A stretch of DNA of 64,000 bases, from NCBI GenBank assembly GCA_020634975.1, contig JACKAQ010000001.1, positions 2,359,272 to 2,423,271 of the forward strand. The letters run 5' to 3'. A program made the position numbers and the translations under genes. The stretch is from Calditrichia bacterium. GTDB taxonomy: Bacteria; Calditrichota; Calditrichia; RBG-13-44-9; J075. A model generated the notes under the pieces. The model had not been told where the DNA came from, made no database searches, and saw only the letters and a list, made by a program, of their open reading frames with translations. Numbering within the stretch: the stretch's first letter is position 1; each line of letters opens with the position of its first letter. This document shows, one piece after another, positions 9,655 through 19,433 of this stretch.

Positions 9655-12600
9655 ATGAAAACGATATTAGCCATGTTGATATTCTCTTCGGCTATTGTTT
9701 TGGCGCAAAACACCTCAGTTACGCCATTTTCACACATCCAGCCGGAAAAAATCAAATATCCGAAAACCCTTTCTCAAAATCAGGTAAATTGCATCTTACA
9801 GGATCACAAAGGCTATTTGTGGATCGGAACGAAAGACGGATTGAACCGCTATGATGGTTATCAGTTTGTTGTTTATGGTCACGATCCTTTTGATGAAACT
9901 TCCATTTCGAATAATTTTATCACAACTATATACGAAGACAGCCAGCAGCGACTATGGATTGGCACCCGAAAAGGCTTGAACTTTTTAGATCGTTCAAAAA
10001 ACATCTTTTATCAAATACCTTTAGAAAATGCCGACAAGAACAACCTTAGCCAACAAAATATTCGTGATATTACCGAAGACCAAAATGGCAATATTTTGGT
10101 GGCAACCTGGGGGAGTGGGTTAATCATTCTCACACCTTTACAGGATCAACAAACTCTTGTAATTGACAAAATATCCATTAAGAAAATTCAACATATTCAC
10201 GGTTCATCAAACAGCCTAAGCAACAACCTTGTGCGGCAAGTTATCGTGGACAATAGCGGGTCAATTTGGGCAACTACATCGGTCTCCCTGGGTTCTGCAC
10301 TTCATAAAATCAATTTCGATCAACAATATAAAAACTACCAAATACTCCGCGTTGGCAGTAAAGAATTTGGATCGGAGTGGGGAAGAGCGCTGGAAAGCGG
10401 AACAGAGATACTGCGAATAGCCAACGGGAAAAATGGCAATCTCTGGTTCGGTGCCGGACCGGGTTTGGTCCGTTACAACCCCCATACCGGAGCGTCAGAT
10501 TTCTACAACCTCAGCCAACATGGTTTGATTCCACCCGGAGAAAATTGGGGGTGGGTTCAGACAATATTTGAAGATAATAATAACAATGTTTTATTTGGAA
10601 CATTTGGTGGTTGGGCAACCTTCAATCCCCAAAGTGGTAAATATGATTCTAAACAAAACTACATCAACTTGACACCAAAAATTCATCGATATGGCATTTC
10701 TGCTTTTCTTCAGGATAAAGGTAATATCATCTGGATGGGCACAAACGGTGATGGGTTGTATAAACTCGATCCAAAATCAAAGCGTTTTTCCACAAAACGC
10801 CTGAATGATTCTCGATTAACACTTTGGAAAGGTGCGAGTATTCGGTCCATCTGCGAATCACGCAGCGGTTTATTGTGGGTTGGCACGGTGGCATCCGGAT
10901 TAATCCGAATCGACAGGCATACCGGCGAATCTTCGCAATTGACAAAACTAAATAATCAATATTCAAGCACTGCGGAAGTGTATTCATTGGTTGAAGATAC
11001 TTCCGGTGTGTTATGGGCGAGCAGTTTAGATGGCGTTTTCCAAATTAATAAACCGGAATCGGAAAATCCGGAAGTTACTTTCTTCCCAATTGATCCTACT
11101 GTTCCGAAAAGGGACAAAAACAATATTGTTTATAAATTACTCGTTGACCGCAACAACAATATTTGGGTCGCAACTCCTACTCAATTCGGGCAATTTAATC
11201 ATTCTACGGCTAGTTATGACCTTATAACATTTATAGAGCCAAAATCCGGCAATTCTTCAAACTCAGAATTTCCGACAATTTATGAAGACGTAAACGGTAA
11301 CATCTGGCTAGGATCTATTGACGGTTTACGAAAATTTGATTCAGAGAGTAAAACATTCAAAGAATATCATTTTTCTTCCAAAAAGTCATCGGGTTTAAGT
11401 CATAGCGTTGTGCGGTCAATCATTAGTGACCCCGGTCAACCGGAAAAATTTCTATGGATAGGAACTGCAGGTGGTGGGCTGAATCGCCTTGACTTGGAAA
11501 CAGATACATTTCATTATTTTACACAAAAAGATGGATTGCCAGACAATGTTGTTTATGGGATTTTAAGTGACAATAACAAAAATCTCTGGATAAGCACAAA
11601 TAATGGTATATCCCGCTTTACACCGGAAACCTTGTCTTTTAAAAATTTCGACGTCAATGATGGATTGCAAAATAATGAATTTAACGCCGGTGCCTTTTTC
11701 AAAAGTATTTCGGGTGAGTTATTCTTTGGTGGAATTGAAGGATTAAATGCCTTCTACCCCGATAACATTCGCAACAACGATCACAGCCCCAGTATAACCA
11801 TTACGGATTTCCGGGTGTCAAATAATTCTATTTATAGTAATGATCCTGATTTACCGCATATTTCAAATACGAAAGAAAATAAAGAAATCAAGCTGTCTTA
11901 TAATGACAAAGTAATCAACATTGAATTTGCGGCAATGGATTTTACAAATCCTTCCAAAAATCATTTTTCATATATCATGGATAACTTTGATAATGACTGG
12001 CAAGATGCCGGTACCAATCGCCATGTGACATATACCAACCTTGATCATGGTGAATATACGTTTCGAGTTAAGGGGACAAACAATGATGGCTTATGGAGCG
12101 AAAAAGAAGCATCGATCCGGATTATTATCACACCCCCATGGTGGCGTACTTACTGGGCTTATGCCATCTACGCGGTGTTGATTATCGTTCTATTGTTAAG
12201 TTTGCGCAGCTATGAGGTAAACCGCCAACGGTTGAAATATAACTTGCAAATCGAAAAAATTGAACGTGAGAAATTAAGGGAGCTTGACCATCTCAAATCG
12301 CGGTTTTTCACAAATGTTTCTCACGAATTTCGCACACCACTGACCCTGATTTTGGGGCAAATAAAAAATGTAGTGTCGAAAATCGATAACAAGAAAGATA
12401 AAAACAGGCTGAATATTGCACACCGAAATGCCAGCAAGTTATTACATCTAATTAATCAATTGATGGACATATCGAGATTGGAATCAGGGAAAATGACCCT
12501 GAATTTGGTCTATAATGATGTGCTTCCTTTTTTGAAAAATCTTTTGTTCTCATTTGAATCGTTGGCAGAGCAAAAACAATTGAGTTTGCATTTTCATTCG

Positions 12601-13902
12601 GATATTGACATCCTTGAAATGAATTACGACATGGAAAAGTTAGAAAAAATAATTCTAAATTTACTTTCAAACGCATTCAAATTTTCACCGTCTGGTGGTA
12701 GCATAACGCTGATTGTTGAGTCGCCAAATTCGCAGGTAAGCATTGCGGAAGAAACGAATTATGTAGCAATCCATTTGAAAGATACCGGAGTTGGAATTCC
12801 GGAAAACCTTCAAAAATTTATTTTCGACCGCTTTTACCAGATAGAAAATCCAATTTCCGGAGAAAACATCGGCAGCGGTATCGGGTTGGCATTTGTGAAA
12901 GAATTGGTTGAGTTGCTCCACGGCAAAATCAAATTCATGAGCACCGAAGGTGATGGAACAACTTTCAGTTTATATTTTCCTGCCGGGAAAGAGTTTTATT
13001 CTGCCAGAGGCATTCAATCAAAAACTAATGATACATCAGTTGGAAAGGCACGGTATCAGGATGAATTACTGATGGATAAATATGAAATGATACCTGATAT
13101 CAGCGCTACTAATAATAAAACAACACCCGGAATGATCACAACGGCAACAGAATTGCCAATTATTCTTGTGGTAGAGGACAATGGCGATGTTCGCTCTTTT
13201 ATTTGCGAACATCTACGAGATAACGGATATACAGTTCTCGAATCACCGGACGGCGAAGACGGCCTTTCCAAAGCCGGGGAAATTATCCCGGATCTCATCA
13301 TCACGGATGTGATGATGCCGAAAGTAGATGGCTATGAATTCAGCAAACAAATCCGTGCCGATCAAAAAACCAGTCACATTCCCCTGATTATGTTAACCGC
13401 CAAAGCTTCGGAGGATAGCAAAATCGAAGGGCTGGAAGCCGGTGTGGACGATTATCTGGTGAAGCCCTTCAGCGCCAGGGAACTCCAGGTGCGGGTGCGA
13501 AACCTCATTCAGTTGCGAAAACAGCTTCGGGCGCGGTTCAGCAATGCTGCAAACATCGAACCGTCAGAAGTCAGCGATTTGCCGTTGGACCAGGTGTTCC
13601 TTCGCAAGGTTATTGATACCATCAAATCCCGCATGGGCGATGAAACTTTTGGTGTGGAAGACCTCGCCAGCAATACGGGAATGAGCGTTACCCACCTCAA
13701 CCGCAAATTACGGGCGCTGCTGGATCAGTCACCCGGGCAATTTATCCGATCCCAACGACTGCAACGCGCGGCAGAACTGTTGTTGCAAAACGCCGGCAAT
13801 GTGGCAGAAATCGCTTACCGGGTCGGTTTCAGCGACCAGGCTCATTTTACCCGCAGTTTTAAAAAACAATTCGGATGCCCGCCCACCAAATACAATGGCT
13901 GA
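9655..13902 (+). CDS. Hybrid two-component system regulator: periplasmic beta-propeller/Y_Y_Y sensor, TM, HisKA, HATPase, REC and AraC HTH
   Basis: Signal peptide MKTILAMLIFSSAIVLAQ. H-box FFTNVSHEFRTPLT, G-box GSGIGLAFVKELVELLHG, REC motif DLIITDVMMPKVDGYEF, and a C-terminal AraC HTH. The long ORF starts at 9574, but the signal peptide and position favour ATG 9655. Confidence 0.85.
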   Translation: MKTILAMLIFSSAIVLAQNTSVTPFSHIQPEKIKYPKTLSQNQVNCILQDHKGYLWIGTKDGLNRYDGYQFVVYGHDPFDETSISNNFITTIYEDSQQRLWIGTRKGLNFLDRSKNIFYQIPLENADKNNLSQQNIRDITEDQNGNILVATWGSGLIILTPLQDQQTLVIDKISIKKIQHIHGSSNSLSNNLVRQVIVDNSGSIWATTSVSLGSALHKINFDQQYKNYQILRVGSKEFGSEWGRALESGTEILRIANGKNGNLWFGAGPGLVRYNPHTGASDFYNLSQHGLIPPGENWGWVQTIFEDNNNNVLFGTFGGWATFNPQSGKYDSKQNYINLTPKIHRYGISAFLQDKGNIIWMGTNGDGLYKLDPKSKRFSTKRLNDSRLTLWKGASIRSICESRSGLLWVGTVASGLIRIDRHTGESSQLTKLNNQYSSTAEVYSLVEDTSGVLWASSLDGVFQINKPESENPEVTFFPIDPTVPKRDKNNIVYKLLVDRNNNIWVATPTQFGQFNHSTASYDLITFIEPKSGNSSNSEFPTIYEDVNGNIWLGSIDGLRKFDSESKTFKEYHFSSKKSSGLSHSVVRSIISDPGQPEKFLWIGTAGGGLNRLDLETDTFHYFTQKDGLPDNVVYGILSDNNKNLWISTNNGISRFTPETLSFKNFDVNDGLQNNEFNAGAFFKSISGELFFGGIEGLNAFYPDNIRNNDHSPSITITDFRVSNNSIYSNDPDLPHISNTKENKEIKLSYNDKVINIEFAAMDFTNPSKNHFSYIMDNFDNDWQDAGTNRHVTYTNLDHGEYTFRVKGTNNDGLWSEKEASIRIIITPPWWRTYWAYAIYAVLIIVLLLSLRSYEVNRQRLKYNLQIEKIEREKLRELDHLKSRFFTNVSHEFRTPLTLILGQIKNVVSKIDNKKDKNRLNIAHRNASKLLHLINQLMDISRLESGKMTLNLVYNDVLPFLKNLLFSFESLAEQKQLSLHFHSDIDILEMNYDMEKLEKIILNLLSNAFKFSPSGGSITLIVESPNSQVSIAEETNYVAIHLKDTGVGIPENLQKFIFDRFYQIENPISGENIGSGIGLAFVKELVELLHGKIKFMSTEGDGTTFSLYFPAGKEFYSARGIQSKTNDTSVGKARYQDELLMDKYEMIPDISATNNKTTPGMITTATELPIILVVEDNGDVRSFICEHLRDNGYTVLESPDGEDGLSKAGEIIPDLIITDVMMPKVDGYEFSKQIRADQKTSHIPLIMLTAKASEDSKIEGLEAGVDDYLVKPFSARELQVRVRNLIQLRKQLRARFSNAANIEPSEVSDLPLDQVFLRKVIDTIKSRMGDETFGVEDLASNTGMSVTHLNRKLRALLDQSPGQFIRSQRLQRAAELLLQNAGNVAEIAYRVGFSDQAHFTRSFKKQFGCPPTKYNG

Positions 13903-14200
13903 CAACCCTCTGCCGATTTTGCAGGCATTGCTCTCTCAAAATCAAATCTCCGCTTTTCTGAAATTTACCCTCGCTCAATTTTTTAACACCTGACATTTTT
14001 CTTTCGTCGTTTACGGGTCAAGCCGCATCACTGGTGTTACAGTTCAGTATCAACTGACCCGGAATGAGAGAAAATTTGCCTGATGTGCGAAAATGGCAAA
14101 GATATGGTTGATAGTGGCAAGATAATTCCGAGTCATTTTTCTTATTTTGAGGCACTATCGAAAAATTGTGCAATCAATTCCATTTACAGAGGATCGGAAA

Positions 14201-17200
14201 ATGATCAGATCTATCCAAATTAAGCTTAAAACTGTGCTGGCAGGAATTATCATTCTGTTGACCGTAATAACCGGCGCAGTTGCCTATTGGCAATTCACTG
14301 AAACAGCGCAATTTGGCGAGGGAGATACCGCTAACCTTCTTAAAGACCAATACGCTTATCAGTATCGCGAATTACGCAAGGCGGGCAATTACGAGAAGGC
14401 AACCGACTCCCCCGCGGCGAGAGAATATGAAGAGCGAATTACCGCTGATCCCCTGCTGGGCTACCCGCCACGCGAACGGCTGAATGCAGCGATCGAGCGG
14501 ATCAAGGCATTTAAAGCTAATTCCAATTTATCTGCAGGCGGGAATAGCGCGGTTAATATCAACTGGCAATCCGCCGGGCCAAATAACGCCGGGGGTCGTA
14601 CCCGCGCCATCATGTGGGATCCCAACGACGTTTCGGGGAAAAAAGTTTGGGCTGGCATGACCAATGGCGGCATATGGTATACCAACGACATTTTCAGCAA
14701 TTCGGAAGCGAATCCAAGCTGGACACCGGTGGGTGATTTATTTGCAAACCTGAGAATTTATTCGCTGGACTATGACAAACAAAACACTCAGGTGTTTTAT
14801 GCCGGCGCCCAGCCGGGCATTTTCAAAAGTACAGACGGTGGGGCCAGCTGGTCGCCGCTGGCTGCTGCCGGCAGTTACTATGTGACCGAACTGGTGGTCC
14901 ATCCTGCCACCGGTCATGTGTATGCTGTGGGACCCAAAGCCGACGCTTTATCCGGATCGGCGGTGTATCGCTCTACTAACGGCGGCAGCAGTTGGGAAAC
15001 TGTTCTCGAAGCACCCAGCATATATTTCAGTGTTGATAATGATATTATTGTGGCTGCAGACAATTCTCTCTACGCCGCAATGAAAGAAGACGGTATTTAT
15101 CGCTCCGTCAGCGGCAATGCAGGCACCTGGACGAAGCTGAATACCGGCACCAACGGTTTCCCCGATACTGGGGTGAGGCGAATTGTGCTGGCAGCAGCGA
15201 GCAATGCCAACGTGGTGTATGCCCTGGAAAGCTCGGGCTTGTACCGCTCGGATAACAACGGTGTAACCTGGCAACAAAAAGCATTGCCGCCTTATATCGG
15301 CACCTATGCCAGTAATTATGCGATGGCGCTGCAGGTAACGCCGGGGAACGCCAATGAAGTTTGGGCCGGCATGTTCGAAATGTACCGTTCAGCGGATGGC
15401 GGCAATAGCTGGAACACCTCCGGTGGTGGATGGGATTATCAAATTCTCTCCTTTCAACCGGGTTCTGCTACCACTGCCATTGTTGGGTCAGATGTGGGTA
15501 TGGCACTGTCAACGACGATTGGAACGAATTATTCTTTTCAGCCGAGAAACAATGGCTATGCAACGCTTGAGTTCTATTCCGCAGCCATGCACCCAACTGC
15601 CGGTGATCCTTTTATGCTGGGCAGTGCCCAGGATCAAGGTATGATGCGAATCAACTGGAATTCGAACAAGGGCATTGCCGAGCCGTTGCAGTTCGGTGAC
15701 GGCATTGCCAGCTTCATCGATGCAAACGATCCCAACGTGATGATGATTGCCAGACAATATGTCTCTATTTACCGGAATATTAATGGCAAAAATGGTGGCT
15801 ATAGTAGCTATAGTTACATAGACGCAGGTAGCGGCGGACAGTTTATCAATCCGGCGGACTATGATCACGATGCCAATACCTACTATTTCGCGCGTAATGA
15901 AAATTCGCTGGGGCGCATTCGCAACATGACGGCTGCGACAGTCGATGTTGCACCGATCAACGGTGTGAATTTTGGCAAAACGCCCGACATGGTGCGGGTT
16001 TCTCCACATAACCCTGCTTCCTCAACGGTTTTTGTCGGCGTGTTTGATTTCTCGACCCAAAAGGCCAGAATTTACAAAATAACCAACGCGCAGACGAACA
16101 GCCCGGTGACTACCGAAATTACCGGTGATCTGAATATTAATGGATATCCGTCTAATATTGAATTCGGTGCCAGTGATAATGAATTGCTGCTGACAACAAC
16201 AAGCTATGGTGTACCAACAGTCTGGTATAGTGGCAATGGTGGGCAAAACTGGATGAACAAAAAGAGTAATCTCCCGGATATGCCGGTGTGGTGGGCGCTG
16301 TTCAACCCGGATAACCGCAGTCAGGTGCTTCTGGGAACGGATGTTGGTGTTTGGGGCACAGACAATTTTACAGCGGCTTCGCCCAGCTGGCAACCGGCCA
16401 ACACCGGTCTGCCCAACGTCCGGGTTCGCAAGCTGCTCTATCGCAGTTCTGATAAAACGGTTATGGCGGTAACCTATGGACGGGGCTTGTTTAAAGGTCA
16501 ATTTGCTACCGGTTCCGCAGGCACACCGGACATTGCTGTAACGCCGGCCAGTCTCAGCTATGGCACCATCGGCGTTAACCAAAACAGCCCTCTGAATGTG
16601 GTTGTTAAGAATAATGGCAATGCTACATTGAACGTTTCCGGCACCTCGTTAACCGGCAATAATGCGGCTGATTATTCCATCAGCAGCGGCGGCGTTTTTA
16701 CCCTGGCACCCAACGCTACCCGCACTGTAACGGTGACCTTCAAACCGCTTTCGACCGGCGTCAAATCCGCGGCTTTGCGTATTGCCAGCAACGATCCCGA
16801 TACAGGCACTCTGGATGTTGCGCTGAGCGGTACGGGCGGAACAGCACAAATTGCTGCCAATCCCACCAGCCTGGGTTATGGGTTGATTGCCGTTAATCAG
16901 AGCAGTTCCAAAATCGTGGAAATTAAAAATAACGGCAACATCAATCTGGTTGTTAGCAACAGCTCACTTGTGGGCACTAATGTTGCCGATTTTACTGTCA
17001 CTGCCGGTGGCGGCGGGTTTACGCTCGCGCCGAACGCCACCCGTAATATCACGGTTTCATTTAAGCCCCTTTCTGCAGGCAACAAATCCGCTGCGTTGCG
17101 CCTAACCAGTAACGCTACCGGCAATGCAACGTTTGATGTGGGTTTGAGCGGCAGCGGAACGGCGGCATCACCGGATATCCGGGTTTCGCCCTCAACGATT

Positions 17201-19378
17201 ACTTCAACACTCGGTACTAATCAGTCCGGTTCGGTTAGTCTGACGATTTTTAATGATGCCAGCGGTGTTGGATCTGGTAATTTGAATTGGAGTGTGGCTG
17301 TTCAAGGAGCAAACATTCTACCAACGGTGAACACGGCATGGCTAACGGCTACTCCACAGCCTGTTGAGCAACTCTCGGCTGAGGAGAATTTACGCCGCAA
17401 AGCGAGACCGGAAGTAATTATGGGCGCTGCCGTTGTAGTGGGTGCCGGAGGACCGGATGCATTTGGTTATAAATGGATAGATAGCGATGAGTCGGGCGGA
17501 CCGTCATACAGCTGGCAAGATATTTCCACAATTGGCACACAATTGACGCTGGCTGACAAGGATGAAGGATGGTCGGAAGTCAATCTTCCATTTACTTTTC
17601 CATTTTATGGTGTGGATAACACAACCGTAAAAATCGCCGCAAACGGATTTCTGTCCTTCGGAGCAATTCCCGGATCGAATTGGGAAAACAAGGCGATTCC
17701 GAATGCAGCAGATCCCAGTAACTTTATTGCCCCATTTTGGGATGATCTGGATTTAAGCTTCAAGGGGGCAATTCACAGTTATCATGATAGTAATGCAAAT
17801 CGATTTATTGTGCAATATACAGACGTGCCGATATATCAAGGCACTTTCGACACAGGATTTACATTTCAGGTGATTCTCTCGCCAAATGGCGAAATTCTTA
17901 TGCAATATAATAACCTGGTAGGTAACACGAATTCCACTACCGTAGGTGTCGAGAATGCCGGTGGATCGGTTGGGCTCCCGGTTGTTTACAATGCAGCATA
18001 TTTGAAAAACCAGCATGCCGTACGTATTCAACCACCTTTGCCGCCGGCATGTGGTTGGCTTTCATCAAGCCCAACTAATGGCACAGTTTCACCTGGCAAC
18101 AATGCCGCCATATCTGTGGGGCTGAATGCCTCCGGACTGTCCGAAGGCTTGTATGAATGTAACCTGATTATTACCAGCAACGATCCGGACGAAAGTCCTC
18201 TGTTCGTACCGGTTAAACTGACCGTTGGCAATAGTGCCCAGCAAACGGTTATCGTACCGGTTACGGGGTGGTATACAATATTGAGTATGCCGGTGGCTAT
18301 GCCGGACTCATCGGTTGGTGCGGTATATCCCAACCACGTGCCCGATCCCAACATCACCACGCATTTTACCCGGGGAGTCGGATATTGGATCAGTCACCCA
18401 ACAACGCAAAATGTCAGCATTACCGGCACACCGATCAATACGTTGACGCTTAACCTTTTCGCCGGCACAAATAATCTTATCGCGGGGCCAACCTGTGACA
18501 TCCAGGTTTCAGCTATCAATGACCCAAATAACATTATTCAAGAGGTTTGGGAAAACTCCCTTACTGGCGGGTGGGTGCAGACAACGGTTATGAAGCCGGG
18601 TCGGGCGTATTACGTAACAGCCAGTCAGGCAGGAACTATCTCGATGAATTGTTCAGGAACGCGCTTCCAGGCTAATGACCATCTCCGGATACTCCGTAGT
18701 CAAATACTCTCTGAAAGTCCCGGTTTGGTAATCAGCGATGCGTTAGGAATGAAACAAAGATTGCATTTTTCTGTGGATTTTGAACAGTATGACAATATGC
18801 CCAATCCGAAGCTTCCTTCGCTGGACATGTTGCCATCCGGGTTGTTCGATGCCCGTTTTCGTGGGGGGTATGGAGCAACCAGCGGCACAGAAGCAACGAT
18901 CGACATTCAGGCGGCAGCATATCCGCTAACGATTAGCGCAGAGAATCTCCCGTTTTTCCGCGAGGGAGGTATTTACATCGAAGAATTGATCGGTGAGAAT
19001 GTGCTCGCAAGACATGAATTACAGGAAGGTCGCAGTGTTACCATCAGTAATCACCTCGTAAAAACGCTCCGTCTCGGACAGACTGGCAGCGAAGTACCGG
19101 AGCAGTTCCAGGTGATGCAAAATTTCCCCAATCCGTTCAATCCTACAACCGAGATCCGCTACATACTGCCGGAGAACAGCAGTGTCAGCGTAACAATATT
19201 TAACGCCCTGGGGCAGGAAATTCGCAAATTATTCGCCGGTAAACAGGAAGCTGGTATCCATTCGGTCGTTTGGGATGGAAATAATGAGATGGGGCAGCCC
19301 GCCTCTAGCGGTATTTATCTGTTCCGTATAAACACCGGTAAACATCAGGTTACCCGTAAAATGATTTTGATGAAATAA
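14201..19378 (+). CDS. Large secreted BNR/Asp-box beta-propeller protein with tandem Ig-like repeats and a T9SS C-terminal sorting domain
   Basis: Asp-box motifs (STDGGASW, STNGGSSW, SDNNGVTW, SADGGNSW, SGNGGQNW). Three ~100-aa repeats of the pattern ATLNVSGTSLTGNNAADYSISSGG...VTFKPLSTGVKSAALRIASND. C-terminus QNFPNPFNPTTEIRY...RKMILMK. An alternative upstream start at 14147 is possible. Confidence 0.8.
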   Translation: MIRSIQIKLKTVLAGIIILLTVITGAVAYWQFTETAQFGEGDTANLLKDQYAYQYRELRKAGNYEKATDSPAAREYEERITADPLLGYPPRERLNAAIERIKAFKANSNLSAGGNSAVNINWQSAGPNNAGGRTRAIMWDPNDVSGKKVWAGMTNGGIWYTNDIFSNSEANPSWTPVGDLFANLRIYSLDYDKQNTQVFYAGAQPGIFKSTDGGASWSPLAAAGSYYVTELVVHPATGHVYAVGPKADALSGSAVYRSTNGGSSWETVLEAPSIYFSVDNDIIVAADNSLYAAMKEDGIYRSVSGNAGTWTKLNTGTNGFPDTGVRRIVLAAASNANVVYALESSGLYRSDNNGVTWQQKALPPYIGTYASNYAMALQVTPGNANEVWAGMFEMYRSADGGNSWNTSGGGWDYQILSFQPGSATTAIVGSDVGMALSTTIGTNYSFQPRNNGYATLEFYSAAMHPTAGDPFMLGSAQDQGMMRINWNSNKGIAEPLQFGDGIASFIDANDPNVMMIARQYVSIYRNINGKNGGYSSYSYIDAGSGGQFINPADYDHDANTYYFARNENSLGRIRNMTAATVDVAPINGVNFGKTPDMVRVSPHNPASSTVFVGVFDFSTQKARIYKITNAQTNSPVTTEITGDLNINGYPSNIEFGASDNELLLTTTSYGVPTVWYSGNGGQNWMNKKSNLPDMPVWWALFNPDNRSQVLLGTDVGVWGTDNFTAASPSWQPANTGLPNVRVRKLLYRSSDKTVMAVTYGRGLFKGQFATGSAGTPDIAVTPASLSYGTIGVNQNSPLNVVVKNNGNATLNVSGTSLTGNNAADYSISSGGVFTLAPNATRTVTVTFKPLSTGVKSAALRIASNDPDTGTLDVALSGTGGTAQIAANPTSLGYGLIAVNQSSSKIVEIKNNGNINLVVSNSSLVGTNVADFTVTAGGGGFTLAPNATRNITVSFKPLSAGNKSAALRLTSNATGNATFDVGLSGSGTAASPDIRVSPSTITSTLGTNQSGSVSLTIFNDASGVGSGNLNWSVAVQGANILPTVNTAWLTATPQPVEQLSAEENLRRKARPEVIMGAAVVVGAGGPDAFGYKWIDSDESGGPSYSWQDISTIGTQLTLADKDEGWSEVNLPFTFPFYGVDNTTVKIAANGFLSFGAIPGSNWENKAIPNAADPSNFIAPFWDDLDLSFKGAIHSYHDSNANRFIVQYTDVPIYQGTFDTGFTFQVILSPNGEILMQYNNLVGNTNSTTVGVENAGGSVGLPVVYNAAYLKNQHAVRIQPPLPPACGWLSSSPTNGTVSPGNNAAISVGLNASGLSEGLYECNLIITSNDPDESPLFVPVKLTVGNSAQQTVIVPVTGWYTILSMPVAMPDSSVGAVYPNHVPDPNITTHFTRGVGYWISHPTTQNVSITGTPINTLTLNLFAGTNNLIAGPTCDIQVSAINDPNNIIQEVWENSLTGGWVQTTVMKPGRAYYVTASQAGTISMNCSGTRFQANDHLRILRSQILSESPGLVISDALGMKQRLHFSVDFEQYDNMPNPKLPSLDMLPSGLFDARFRGGYGATSGTEATIDIQAAAYPLTISAENLPFFREGGIYIEELIGENVLARHELQEGRSVTISNHLVKTLRLGQTGSEVPEQFQVMQNFPNPFNPTTEIRYILPENSSVSVTIFNALGQEIRKLFAGKQEAGIHSVVWDGNNEMGQPASSGIYLFRINTGKHQVTRKMILMK

Positions 19379-19433
19379 TGCATCGGAAATCGTTCGAAAA
19401 GACAAAAAAACACCCAATTCAGAGGGCAACAAT

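Noticed and set aside
15509-16582. 166-aa and 186-aa minus-strand ORFs
   Set aside because: Antisense within the 14201-19378 cargo gene. No motifs.
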